From an uncultured Alphaproteobacteria bacterium (GTDB taxonomy: Bacteria > Pseudomonadota > Alphaproteobacteria > Rhizobiales > Beijerinckiaceae): a stretch of 64,000 nucleotides of DNA. Under the pieces are notes generated by a model. That model was given only the letters and a program-made list of their open reading frames with translations, was not told the DNA's origin and did no database searches. The stretch's first letter is position 1; each line of letters begins with the position of its first letter. The stretch spans positions 929,951-993,950 of the forward strand of contig CAVXHJ010000010.1 of the NCBI GenBank assembly GCA_963761435.1. Reading direction: 5' to 3'. The position numbers and the translations under genes are program-made. Shown piece after piece: positions 53,065 through 63,479 of this stretch.

Positions 53065-54379
53065 TTACTTGATGTAGCCGGCCTTCTTCATCGCAGCCGT
53101 GGTCGAAGCTTGAGCCTTCGCGAGCGCGTCGTCGATGCTCATCGTCCCGGCGAGCGCGGCGGAGAAGTCCTGCCCGACGTCGGTGCCGATGCCCTGGAAC
53201 TCGGGGATCGCGACGAACTGGACGCCGGTATAGGGAACCGGCTTCACCGTCGGTTTCGTTGGATCGGCGGAGTTGATAAACTCGAGCGTCATCTCCGCGA
53301 AGGGCGCAGCTTTCAGATAGTCCGGGTTCTTGTAAAGCGAGGTCCGGGTGCCCGGAGGGACGCTCCCCCAGCCCAACTTCGAAGCCACGAGCTCGTCGTA
53401 GTGCTTATCGGTGGCCCACGAAATGAACTTTTGCGCGGCGTCGGCGTTCTTCGTGCCGGCTGGAATGCCAAGCGACCAAGCCCAAAGCCAATTGCCTCGC
53501 TTGCCAAGGCCGTTGTCAGGCGCGAGCGCATAGCCGACCTTGCCCGCAACCTTCGAAATCCTTGCCGCCAATAAGCCCGGCGGCGACGGTGGCGTCGATC
53601 CACATGCCGCATTTGCCGCCGTCGAAGAGGGCGAGGTTCTCATTGAAGCCATTCGACGAGGCGCCGGGCGGGCCATCGGCCTTCATCAGCGGAACATAGT
53701 AGTCGAGCGTCGCTTTCCATTCCGGCGAATTGAACTGCGGCTCCCATTTCTCGTCGAACCACCGCGCGCCGAACGAATTGGAGGTCGCGGTCAGGAAGGC
53801 CATGTTCTCGCCCCAGCCGGGCTTCCCTCGCAGGCAGATGCCATAAACGCCGGCGGCCTTGTCGGTCATCTTGTCGGCCGCCTGCTTGATGAACTCCCAG
53901 GTCGGCTTCTCCGGCATCTTGAGGCCGGCTTTCTCCATCAGGTCGGTACGGTACATGACGAAGGAGCTCTCGCCATAGAAGGGCGCTGCGTAAAGCTTGC
54001 CGTCGTAGGAGAGACCAGCCCGAATCGCAGGGATCAGGTCGTCGGCGTCGTAATCGGCGCCGAGCTTGTCGAGCGGCACGAGCCAATTCTTCTTGGCCCA
54101 GATCGGAACTTCGTAGGTGCCGATGGTTATCACGTCGAACTGGCCGCCCTTGGTGGCGATGTCGGTCGTCACTTTCTGGCGCAGAACGTTCTCCTCGAGC
54201 GTCACCCAGTTGAGCTTGATGTCGGGATTGGCCTTGGTGAAATCGTCCGTCAGCTTCTGCATGTCGATCATATTGCCGTTGTTGACGGTCGCGATCGTCA
54301 GCGTTGTCTCCGCGTATGCGGGAAGCGAGAAGCTAGCCAGGGCAACCGCCCCCAGCACGCCCTTCACGTGAACCTTCAT
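53065..54379 (-). CDS. smoE: Polyol ABC substrate-binding protein (frameshift near 53557)
   Basis: Signal peptide; TIATVNNG, LEENVLRQKVTTDIAT, PFYGESS, RGKPGWGEN, WLWAW, PPGTR. Confidence 0.92.
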
Positions 54380-54399
54380 AGTGTTTCCTCCGATGAGGC

Positions 54400-54446
54400 A
54401 ATGCCGAGCATTGGGCATTTGCCAAGTAAGCGGGCGAATATTCGCC
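54400..54446. promoter_or_regulatory. Candidate SmoC operator sites
   Basis: Imperfect palindrome AATGCCGAGCATTGGGCATT (54400-19) and perfect GGCGAATATTCGCC (54433-46) upstream of smoE. Confidence 0.55.
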
Positions 54447-54546
54447 ATATCCACCCGCGCAAGTCAATGCGAATTTGGCCGCGACGCTCAAAAACGACGC
54501 AGCTTTGATCCAAGTATTTGACGTTTATGGTGTTTTTTCGATGGCT

Positions 54547-55503
54547 TCAACGCTGGAGCAAATGCTCGGCCGTCGCCTCGTCGGTGACCAATCCGGAAAT
54601 CAACCGCCCCGCGAGCGCTCCGCGTATCGGCGCCCGCCGCGACGGCCCCATCGCGACGCCTATGACCAGCCGGTTGTCGGCCCGCCGCAGCGGCGCCGAA
54701 GCGACCCGCTGGTTCGTGCCTTCGGACAGCACTTTCCCCGCCGAATCGAACGCCCAGCCGGTGATCTCGCCGACCGCGCCCGCCTGGCGGAGCGCCTCGG
54801 CCTCCTGCCGGGTGATGATCCCGTCCTGCACCAGCGCGCCGGAATCGCCAACCGAGCCGACCCCGACGAAACTGACATCGGTGCGCTCGACGAGGGCGAA
54901 CAGGCTCTTGACCGAGGCGAGGCTCGTGAGCAAGTTCCGCTCCTCGACCGAGCGCGCAATGACCGGCAGCGGGATCGGATAGTGCGGCGCGCGCACGCTG
55001 TCGGACACCCGAATGATGACGTCGTAGAACGACGCCGAGCCGTCGGTCTTGGTGTTGCCGACGAGCGCGACCAGCTTGTGTTGCGGACATTCCATCGCCG
55101 GCAATTGATCGGCGACGGCCCGCATCGTGCGCCCGGTGCCGATGCCGATGACGGCCGGCTCGGGCCTCCTCAGCCAGCGCTCGAACTCGGCCGCCGCAAC
55201 CTGCGCGATTCCGAGCGTCGACGACGTCGAGTCCGGATCGGTCGGGGCGACTTCGCAGAAACGCAGATCGTGGCGCAGTTTCAGCGCCGCGGCGAGCTCC
55301 ATGCAGCGGGCGATCGGATGGTCGAGCCTGACCTTGATCAGCCGCTCGCTGATCGCCAGCGAAACCAGGCGTTGCGCCGCCTGGCGCGAAATGCCGAGCT
55401 TGCGGGCGATCTCGTCCTGGGTGTTGCCGGCGACGTAATAGAGCCACCCGGCGCGAGCGGCCTCGTCGAGCCTCAGACCGTCGTGATCCGACTTGCGCGG
55501 CAT
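54547..55503 (-). CDS. smoC: SorC/DeoR-family sugar-binding regulator
   Basis: AARAGWLYY..TQDEIA..ISRQAAQRL HTH; GTGRT; GLVTDE.TA. Confidence 0.92.
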   Translation of the reverse strand: MPRKSDHDGLRLDEAARAGWLYYVAGNTQDEIARKLGISRQAAQRLVSLAISERLIKVRLDHPIARCMELAAALKLRHDLRFCEVAPTDPDSTSSTLGIAQVAAAEFERWLRRPEPAVIGIGTGRTMRAVADQLPAMECPQHKLVALVGNTKTDGSASFYDVIIRVSDSVRAPHYPIPLPVIARSVEERNLLTSLASVKSLFALVERTDVSFVGVGSVGDSGALVQDGIITRQEAEALRQAGAVGEITGWAFDSAGKVLSEGTNQRVASAPLRRADNRLVIGVAMGPSRRAPIRGALAGRLISGLVTDEATAEHLLQR

Positions 55504-55507
55504 GACC

Positions 55508-57814
55508 TCAGCCAGTGTTCGTCGCGCCTGATAGCGCCCGCGCCGCCACGATGTCGGGCAGCTTCGTCATGTCGTCGAAGATGAGTTCGGCGCCGGCCGC
55601 AGTCAAATCCGCTCCCTCGTCGTGGGGCGAGAAATGGCTCGCGCCGACAAAACCGAACACCCTCATTCCGGCGGCGCGCGCGGCGGCGACGCCCGCGACG
55701 CTGTCCTCGATCACCAGGCAATCTTTCGGCGCGCCGGCCATCGCGCGGGCCGCGAACAGGAAAAGATCGGGACTGGGTTTTCCCTGCGCGACCTCGGCGG
55801 CGGAAAAAATGTTGGGCGCGAACAACGTCTCGTAACCAGTGACCTGGAGTGCGAAGCTCAGACGTTCGGGCGCGCTCGAAGAAGCGACGCAAACGCGTGT
55901 CCGCAAGCCCGCAACGGCCTGCCGCACGCCTTCAATCCCCTTGAGCTCACGCGCGAACGTCGACAGAATCTCACGCGCGAGATCGTCGGAAAATCCCTTC
56001 GGCAACGGCGCCCCGAGTTCGCTCTCGACCCTGCGCAAGACCGAATCGAGACGCAGCCCCAGGAAGCGTTCGCGCGTCTCCTCATCGCTCAAGTGAAGGC
56101 CGACTTCGCCCAGCCGGCGACGGGTCACGGCGAGGGCGATCACCTCGCTGTCGACCAGGACGCCGTCGCAATCGAAAATCACGACTTCGGGCCAACGGGT
56201 CTTCAGAGCCAAGCGGCGAATATCCCGCTCGGCCTGTCGCAGGGTCTCGTGCGCGCGGCGCTTTCGGGCGTGGAACGCCGCGATCGCTCCGCCCGCGGGC
56301 TCGGTCCGCTCCGCGATGGTCGACATCGAGTCCATCGCCGAGGCAAGCGTCCGCCTCCCCGCCGCAACGGCGCCGATCATGGCCGAGCCGAGCAGCACCG
56401 GCTCCGCCGTGGCCGGCGCCTCGACCGCCTTGCCGCACACATCGGCGATGATCTGGCGGACCAGCGGGCTTTTCGCGGCGCCGCCGCTGACGACGATCGC
56501 GTCGAATCGATAGCCGGCCCGCTCGAGCTTGGCGAAAATGTCCGCAAGGCCGTAGGCGAGACCACAGAGGGCGGCGACATGGAGCTCCTGCAGGCTCGCA
56601 GCGTCTTCGCGCAGGTCCATCCCCAAGACCCCGCCGCGCGCCGCCGGATCGGCCATAGGCGACCGGCTGCCGATGAAGTCAGGCAGGATATGCAGACCTT
56701 CGGCGATGAGCGCCGCGGGCGACAGACCGCCCGCGCGGGCGACGATGTCCCTTTCCAGCGCCGCAAGCGCATGCGGCCCAGCACGCCCCTTGAGTTCGGC
56801 GAACGCCGGATGCAGCCGCAACAGATGATCGATCGCCGCGCCGAACGCCGACTGGCCTCCGTCGATGAGCCATTGATCGGGAGTCAATGCCGCGAAATGC
56901 GGCCCCCACACGCCCTCGACGAACCGCGGTTCGTCCGAGAGCGCCATGCAGCTCGACGAGGTGCCGAGAATGAGCGCGAGCCGCCGCCGCGGATCGCCGT
57001 GCTCGCTGCCGGCGCGTGCGCCGAGCGTGCCTGCGGCGCCGGCGTGGGCGTCGATGAGCCCGGCGCCGACCGGCGTCCCCTTGCGCAGGGCCATTGCAGC
57101 GGCGGCGTCGGCGGTCAATCCATGCCCGAGCGGCGCGCCGGGCGGCGCCGGGCGAGCGCCGATAAGGGCGTGGTCGTCGTCCTTCAGAAAGCTCAGGCCC
57201 ACGCCGTCGAAGAATTCGTCCGGCCAACGCTTTTCATGCGCAAGATAGCCGAACTTGCAGGTCGCCGTGCATGCGGAGCGGGTGAGCGAGCCCGTGGCGC
57301 GGAACGACAGGAAATCGGTGAGATCGAACACATGCCCGGCCTTGGCGATCGTCTCCGGCTTGTGCTTCGCGAGCCATGCGATCTTCGGAGCATGCATCTC
57401 TGGCGAGATCTTGCCGCCGACGTAGCGCAGCGTCTCGTGTCCGCTGGCGTTGATCCGGTCGGCGTCCCCGGCGGCGCGATGGTCCATCCACACGATCACG
57501 TCGCGCTCGGGCGCGCCGGTCAGGCTCACCGACAGCGGACGCCGATCGCGGTCGAGCGCGACCAGCGAGCATGTGGCGTCAAAACCGATGCCGGCGATGG
57601 CCTCGGGCGGCAAGCCCGACGCCTCGACCGCCTCCTTGATCGCCGCGGTGGCCGCCAACCAGATATCGTCAGACGATTGCTCGACGATTTCGCCTGGCTC
57701 GCGCCAGATCGCGATCGGACGCCGAGCGCTGGCGATGAGCTGTCCCGCGGAATCGAAAACGCCGGCCCTCGCGCTCAAGGTCCCGACATCCACTCCAAGA
57801 TAGGCTTCGCGCAT
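55508..57814 (-). CDS. FGGY pentulose (D-ribulose) kinase fused to a C-terminal HAD phosphatase
   Basis: GVDVGT.SAR, GFDATCS, VWMDHRA, IDAHAG, GTSSC, SGG; then FDCDGVLVDSE, VASSS, KPSPDLF, IEDS..G. Confidence 0.9.
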   Translation of the reverse strand: MREAYLGVDVGTLSARAGVFDSAGQLIASARRPIAIWREPGEIVEQSSDDIWLAATAAIKEAVEASGLPPEAIAGIGFDATCSLVALDRDRRPLSVSLTGAPERDVIVWMDHRAAGDADRINASGHETLRYVGGKISPEMHAPKIAWLAKHKPETIAKAGHVFDLTDFLSFRATGSLTRSACTATCKFGYLAHEKRWPDEFFDGVGLSFLKDDDHALIGARPAPPGAPLGHGLTADAAAAMALRKGTPVGAGLIDAHAGAAGTLGARAGSEHGDPRRRLALILGTSSSCMALSDEPRFVEGVWGPHFAALTPDQWLIDGGQSAFGAAIDHLLRLHPAFAELKGRAGPHALAALERDIVARAGGLSPAALIAEGLHILPDFIGSRSPMADPAARGGVLGMDLREDAASLQELHVAALCGLAYGLADIFAKLERAGYRFDAIVVSGGAAKSPLVRQIIADVCGKAVEAPATAEPVLLGSAMIGAVAAGRRTLASAMDSMSTIAERTEPAGGAIAAFHARKRRAHETLRQAERDIRRLALKTRWPEVVIFDCDGVLVDSEVIALAVTRRRLGEVGLHLSDEETRERFLGLRLDSVLRRVESELGAPLPKGFSDDLAREILSTFARELKGIEGVRQAVAGLRTRVCVASSSAPERLSFALQVTGYETLFAPNIFSAAEVAQGKPSPDLFLFAARAMAGAPKDCLVIEDSVAGVAAARAAGMRVFGFVGASHFSPHDEGADLTAAGAELIFDDMTKLPDIVAARALSGATNTG

Positions 57815-57888
57815 GGCGCTCCCGGCGTCGCTTGCGGCGGGAGACTTCTCCCTTTCGCGCGCCGCTGGCAAGCGAGGAAGCGCCGGCG

Positions 57889-58892
57889 TCAGGCCGGCAA
57901 GGTCAGAAGGCCCGCCGCGCCCGACTCGAGGCCGAACTGGAGCCGCGCGCCCGTGGCGTCCCAACCGAGCGCGCTGACCGGACCGGCGCCGGGATCGCGC
58001 ACGGGAATCTCGGCCCCGTCCGCCAGCCGGCACAAGAGAACGGCGCCGTCCGCGTAGCCGATCGCCACGACGAGCGCTTTGGGATGAAAGGCGACCCTCG
58101 TCACCCGCGCTTGGCGCACGCCGCATTCGCGAGGCGCCTTGCCCATCGGGCCGTCCTTGTCCTTGAACGGCCAGACCACGGCCGCGTCCGCTCCAGAGCT
58201 CGCGAGCCATTGGCCGTCGTGCGACCAGGAGAGCGAGCGCGTCTTGGCGGGGTATCCGGTCATCCGCATGTTGCGCGAATCCGCGATCCTCCACCCGTGC
58301 AGGGCGTTCTCCTGCATCGAGGTGACGAGAAAGCGCCCGTCGGGAGAGAAGGTCGCGTCGAGATGCGCGCCCTTCCATTCCAGCGTTTGCGGCGCGCCTT
58401 CCACCTTCGGGAACCAGAGCGTCGCGCCATTGTAGTGGGTCGCCGCGAGGCGAAAGCCTTTGGGCTGGAAGGCGAGGCCGCGAACGGTCGTCGGCGCGCT
58501 CCAGCTCTTGACCGCCCCAGTCTCATCGCGGGCGCGAACCTGCTTTCCCGCGCTCCATGCATAGGCCTTGCCTCGCATCGCGAGAGCGTCGATCCACCGG
58601 CCTTTTTCGTGCGCGATCTCGTTGCTGCGCGCCATCAGCCTCGACCGCGACGACGCGGCCATCGTCGCCGCCGGTGAGCAGGGTCTTCCCGTCGCTGATC
58701 GCAGTGAGGATCGCCGCTTCGGGATGAGCCGCCACACGCTTCTGCTGCCCCGGGCTCGCCGATCAGCACGGCTCCGTCAGCCAGAGCCAGAGCCGGAGCG
58801 CCGTCGAGAAACGCCGCGGCGACGACATGCGCGCTCGCTTCGAACTTGCGGGCATGCTGCACGAGGGTGGCGGCGGCGCGGGCGTCGGTCAT
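57889..58892 (-). CDS. WD40-repeat protein (frameshifts near 58748 and 58628)
   Basis: TGGDDG, FSPDGRFLVTSMQENALHGW, MTGYPAKTRS.SW, WPF..KDGPMG; the usual partner downstream of CobW-like GTPases. Confidence 0.85.
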
Positions 58893-58908
58893 TTGAGGCG
58901 ATCAGCAA

Positions 58909-59946
58909 TCACGCCGCGCAGGCCAGGAATCCGTTGCGGATGTCCTCCTCCTCGAGGTCGCGGCCGATGAACACCACCTTCAACTCCCGCTTCTCGTCCG
59001 GCTTCCATTCACGCTGCAAATCGCCGTCGAGCATCATGTGAACGCCCTGGAACACGAAGCGCTTGGGGTCGCCTTTCATCGCCACGATGCCCTTGCAACG
59101 CAGGATACTGGGACCTTGCTCCTGGGTGATGCGATTGATCCACGGCATGAACTTGGCCGGATCGACGTCGCCATCGAGCCTGACCGCAACCGACTGCATG
59201 TCCTCATCGTGATAGTGCTTGAGGCCATGGTGATGGTCTTCGCCGTGCTCGTGGTGATGGCTGTGATCGTGGTCCTCGGTCACGAGGAAATCCGGCTCGA
59301 TGTCGAGGATGCGGTCGAGATCGAAGGCGCGGCGCTCGAGCACGTCGGCGATCGGAACGTCGCATTTCTTCGCCCGATGAAGCGTAGCATAGGGATTGAT
59401 CGCACGGATGCGCGCCTCGACCTCGCGCAATTCCGCGGCGCTGACGAGGTCGATCTTGTTGATGATGATGACGTCGGCGAAGGCGATCTGGTTCTTCGCC
59501 TCCGGGGCGTCGCGGAGCCGCTGGGCGAGCCATTTGGCGTCGGCGACCGTCACCACCGCGTCGAGCCGGGCCGCCTCGCGCACGTCTTCGTCGACGAAGA
59601 AGGTCTGCGCCACCGGCGCGGGATCGGCGAGGCCAGTCGTCTCGACGATGATCGCGTCGAACCGGCCCTTGCGCTTCATCAGGCCCTCGATGATCCGAAT
59701 GAGGTCGCCGCGCACCGTGCAGCAGATGCAGCCGTTGTTCATCTCGAACACTTCCTCGTCCGCGCCGACGATCAGCTCGTTGTCGATGCCGATCTCGCCG
59801 AACTCATTGACGACGACCGCATAACGCTTGCCGTGCGGCTCGCTCAGGATCCGGTTGAGCAGCGTCGTCTTGCCGGCGCCGAGATAGCCGGTGAGCACCG
59901 TGACGGGAATTCTCTCCGGCTCGTGGCTTGTGGTCACGCGGTTCAT
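58909..59946 (-). CDS. CobW/COG0523 metallochaperone GTPase
   Basis: [31 protein letters not shown], His-rich linker, FQGVH. Confidence 0.94.
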   Translation of the reverse strand: MNRVTTSHEPERIPVTVLTGYLGAGKTTLLNRILSEPHGKRYAVVVNEFGEIGIDNELIVGADEEVFEMNNGCICCTVRGDLIRIIEGLMKRKGRFDAIIVETTGLADPAPVAQTFFVDEDVREAARLDAVVTVADAKWLAQRLRDAPEAKNQIAFADVIIINKIDLVSAAELREVEARIRAINPYATLHRAKKCDVPIADVLERRAFDLDRILDIEPDFLVTEDHDHSHHHEHGEDHHHGLKHYHDEDMQSVAVRLDGDVDPAKFMPWINRITQEQGPSILRCKGIVAMKGDPKRFVFQGVHMMLDGDLQREWKPDEKRELKVVFIGRDLEEEDIRNGFLACAA

Positions 59947-60028
59947 CTCCTGCTCTCGAGGGGTCGACCCGCCATATAGGACCGCGCCGCGCTCATGGGT
60001 AGGGGCGGCGCCGATGGCCGGTCCGGTC

Positions 60029-60415
60029 CTACCAGCCGCCGTTGCCGAAGCCGAAGTTGGTCCCGACATAGGCGCCCGTCCATCGCCATACCGGCGGCGT
60101 GATCCAGGTCGGCTGCACATAGACGAACGGCGGCGGCATTTCGTCGCCCGGCAATGTCGCCGGCGGCGGGCCCAGAACCACCGCTTCGGCCGGGATATAG
60201 CCCGACAAATGCCGCCACGAGGCCCGGCACCAGCCGCGCGGGCATCTCTTGTCAACCTCGATCTCGGCGCTCGCCGGGACGCGCTGCACGACCGCCGCCT
60301 TCCCCGATGGCGCGGCGCGCATCGTGACGTGTGATCCCGTCATCGCGAGCTCGGCGAAAGCCGGACTGGCCAACCCGACGGCGAATAAGACCACAAAAGC
60401 AACCCGTCCAATCAT
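60029..60415 (-). CDS. Secreted bacterial SH3-domain protein
   Basis: Signal peptide; VTMRAAP..C..GWC..SGYI. Confidence 0.75.
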   Translation of the reverse strand: MIGRVAFVVLFAVGLASPAFAELAMTGSHVTMRAAPSGKAAVVQRVPASAEIEVDKRCPRGWCRASWRHLSGYIPAEAVVLGPPPATLPGDEMPPPFVYVQPTWITPPVWRWTGAYVGTNFGFGNGGW

Positions 60416-60565
60416 CCAGCCGGACTCCCTGCTCCAGCAATCAGGATAGCCGCTTGGCCCGGGCGGGTCGAGGGGCGGCCGAGTTCCGCATCAGGAAAGC
60501 TGGGGCGGCGGCCCAGGAAAACTGGCGAAAATCCACGAAAACGAAATTGCTGTTTTTTGCTTTTT

Positions 60566-60694
60566 GGAATTGAGGCTTTTCAGAGTGTTACGGACAATTC
60601 AAATGCTTTCTTTGCTCCTCGTTTCTCTGCCTAGCACGCGGCTTCGCTAGTCGGCGAAAGAGAACCTTATAGCGTATATTTCTGCTTTTCGCAA
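60566..60694 (-). repeat. Dispersed cassette copy 3 (divergent, no MITE)
   Basis: Minus-strand TTGCGA (60689-94) N17 TATAAG (60666-71); CTAGC..GCTAG hairpin; core GGAATTGAGGCTTTTCAGAGTGTTACG. Confidence 0.6.
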
Positions 60695-60753
60695 GTCATA
60701 TCCACGACGCGTTTCCTCATGTCGTTTTGCCGCAACGCCAGCCCGCAGAGCGG

Positions 60754-61278
60754 CTAGACCCTTGTCGCCCGCCAGCTGGGGCCGTTCGGGCCGAAGGCCG
60801 GCTCGATGCGGAAATTATCTTCCGGGGTCATCTTGCCCAGCGGCACATCCTCGTCGGGCATGACGAGCGTGGCTTGCTCGCCCACGAACATGAGGAGATG
60901 GCGATGCTGGTCGAGCAGGGTTTTCGCCATTGCATGCAGCCGTTCGTAGTAAGGCGGCTTTCGCCACGCGTTGGGCGAGCCGAGATCGACTTGCCCGTAG
61001 ACGAAGCCATTCCCCGGATAGACCGTCAGCACGAACCGGGCGCGATCGGGCCGCCATTCGTCCGGCATGGTCCCGTCGGTCATCCACAGGCAGAAGAAGT
61101 CACGGCACTGACCGGGCAGATTGTCGTGGATCGTGCATCCCTTGCCGGGCTTGCAGAACTTGCACCAGACGCCCGCCGGCTTGTTGATCTCGGGAAAGGT
61201 ATAGACCTTGCAGCACATGTTGCAGCTGCCGCATTCGCGGCCGGGCGCGGCGCCGTAGGGCGTGAAAGACATGGACAT
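60754..61278 (-). CDS. Cysteine-cluster (YkgJ-like) hypothetical protein
   Basis: CGSCNMCCK..WCKFC..GCTIH...C..F.CLW, WRPD. Confidence 0.8.
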   Translation of the reverse strand: MSMSFTPYGAAPGRECGSCNMCCKVYTFPEINKPAGVWCKFCKPGKGCTIHDNLPGQCRDFFCLWMTDGTMPDEWRPDRARFVLTVYPGNGFVYGQVDLGSPNAWRKPPYYERLHAMAKTLLDQHRHLLMFVGEQATLVMPDEDVPLGKMTPEDNFRIEPAFGPNGPSWRATRV

Positions 61279-61506
61279 GCGTGCGGCCGTCAGCTTTTCG
61301 CGTCAGTTAGGTCGTGTGCGCTATCGCGATGCGCCGGCGCTGGCAAGGGCGCCCCAGGCGCCGCCCCGACGCCGGGGCCCCCCAGGGACGAAACGCCGGT
61401 AGTGGGCCAGTTTGAATGAGGCATCGATTGACCTTGCCTTGGAATTGATGCAGCGAACGCGCATAATGTCGGCATGGCAGCGCGTGACAGGTGGTCAGTT
61501 GACCTA

Positions 61507-62343
61507 GGGTCCGGACCCATAAAGTGGTTGGCATGATGTCCGGCTTGTGATTCACGGCTTCCGAAAGGAAGCGCTGATGAATCGGGACCATTTCTGGCTG
61601 ACGGACGATCAGTTTTCGAAGATCGAGCCGCATTTGCCGACGGACACGCGAGGCAAGGCGCGGGTGGACGATCGTCGGGTGATCAGCGGGATCATCAATG
61701 TGTTGAGGTCCGGCGGTCGCTGGATCGACGCTCCACCAGAATACGGGCCGAGGAAAACCCTCTACAACCGCTATGTCCGCTGGGCGGCAAGAGGCGTCTG
61801 GGTCGACTTGTTCCACGCGCTTGCGCAGGCCGGAGGGCCGCCCGAGCAAGTCTTGATCGACAGCTCCGCCGTGAAGGCCCATCGCTCGGCTTCGGGCGGA
61901 AAAGGGGGAGAAAAACCAGGCGATCGGTCGCTCGCGCGGGGGACGGACGACCAAAATCCACGCGTTGACGGACGCACAATGCCGTCCGCTCTCGTTCACA
62001 CTCACAGGCGGCCAAGTCGCCGATTGCCGAGCGGGCGCGGAACTTTTGGCGCGGCTTCCGCCTTGCCAAATCCTGCACGCGGACAAGGGTTACAACTCGA
62101 ACGCAATCCGCAGGCAAGTCGAGGGGCGCGGCGCGATCCCCAACATTCCGCCCAAAGCCAATCGCAAGTGGAAGAATTGCTTCTCGCCGTTCCTCTATCG
62201 AGCGCGCAACGCCATCGAGCGCATGTTCTGCCGCTTGAAAGACTTCAGGCGAGTAGCCACGCGCTATGACCGAAACGCCGCCAATTTCCTCGCCGCAGTC
62301 TGCATCGCCGCAACCGTCAGCTACTGGTTATAAGTCCGGACCC
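61507..62343 (+). mobile_element. IS5-family (IS427 subgroup) insertion sequence, 837 bp
   Basis: Inverted repeats GGGTCCGGACCCATA / TATAAGTCCGGACCC, TA on both flanks within CTAG. Confidence 0.93.
61577..62333 (+). CDS. IS5-family transposase (orfA/orfB, frameshift at AAAAGGGGG ~61900)
   Basis: WLTDDQ..DDRRVISGI..YNRYVRW..IDSS.VKAH; orfB GRSRGG.TTKIH, ADKGY, RNAIERMF.RLKDFRRVATRYD. Confidence 0.92.
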
Positions 62344-63339
62344 TAGTTCACGAGGAGCTACGAGGTCCGCGAGATCGTCCAGCGCAACTCGAAGCACTCG
62401 TTCCCAAAAGCCTCTGGTCGGTGCAACTGGAGCGAGAACAACAGGCCCATCGAAGTCGTGGCCCTCAAAATCGAGGAAGATCACTTCCCCAGGGTGCTTC
62501 TCGTAAAGGTCCCGCGCTTTCCTCATCATGCCAATCGAGTGGGTCGCGACCCACATTTGCGAGCCGGATGGAATTAGCTCGTAGAGTTCACCAAGCAGAG
62601 CCCCTTGAAGTCGCGTGTTCATATGCACTTCGGGTTCGTCTATGGCGAATACAGTGTCGTTATAGGACCGAGTCTTAATGACCATGTCTAAGAGCAGGCC
62701 AAAGGCTGCCTTTTCGCCGCCCGATAGGTTCTTGTAACTGAACCCCTTCGCCGTACCTTTGGTGAATGTGAAGGTACCGTCACGAAGAGGATTGCCCAGC
62801 GTATTCAAGTCGAGGTCGGGAAATAGGCGCAAGACGGCGGTCCGAATATCGCCGATAGCTTCGTGCCGAAAATCCTTCAGCGTTGTATTCTCATCCTCGC
62901 GCTCGAAGGCATTTTGGAAAGCGTCTGATGCAAGGCGTTGGTAATTCTCAGCTACAGCACCATCCTGTTCGATCATACGCCGCACACGCACATGTTCTGT
63001 GGCCACCGGCAAATTCTGAAGGGCGTTGATTTTGAAATCCGGATCGTTGCGGTACGCAGACCTCAGATAAAACGTCTTCTTCTCTGTATGAGCGCCATGG
63101 AATTCGATCTGTACCTGATTGCTCCATCCCGGGTGAGTGGCGTCTCGCTGGTGATAGCTGGCGTCCCAGGAAAGGCCGTAGTACATGGCTTGTTGCCAGA
63201 CCGAGAACGCGTCGAATAGCGAGGATTTCCCCGACCCGTTTGGGCCGGCCATTACAATGAGGCGAGCTGGAGGGAGGTCAGGAACAGACAGGCTCTCAAA
63301 TCGCCGAAAGCGATTAACGGTCACGGTTTTGATTTTCAC
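62344..63339 (-). pseudogene. AAA/ABC ATPase of OLD-like ATP-dependent nuclease type, 3'-truncated by the IS
   Basis: FRRF, GPNGSGKSS, LSGGEK, IDEPEVH, ATHS; native sequence stops at DLVAPREL at the IS end; visibly lower GC than flanks. Confidence 0.8.
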
Positions 63340-63479
63340 GCCAACTCCCCTAGCCCCCGTCGGAGTTGAGGATATAATCAGCCGTGAGTATTAGCGGAAA
63401 AGGTGGCGCCTTTGGTGTTACTCCAACATCGTCAGCATCTCTGACCATTCTTATTAAAAATTTTTCGGGAGAAATATTT

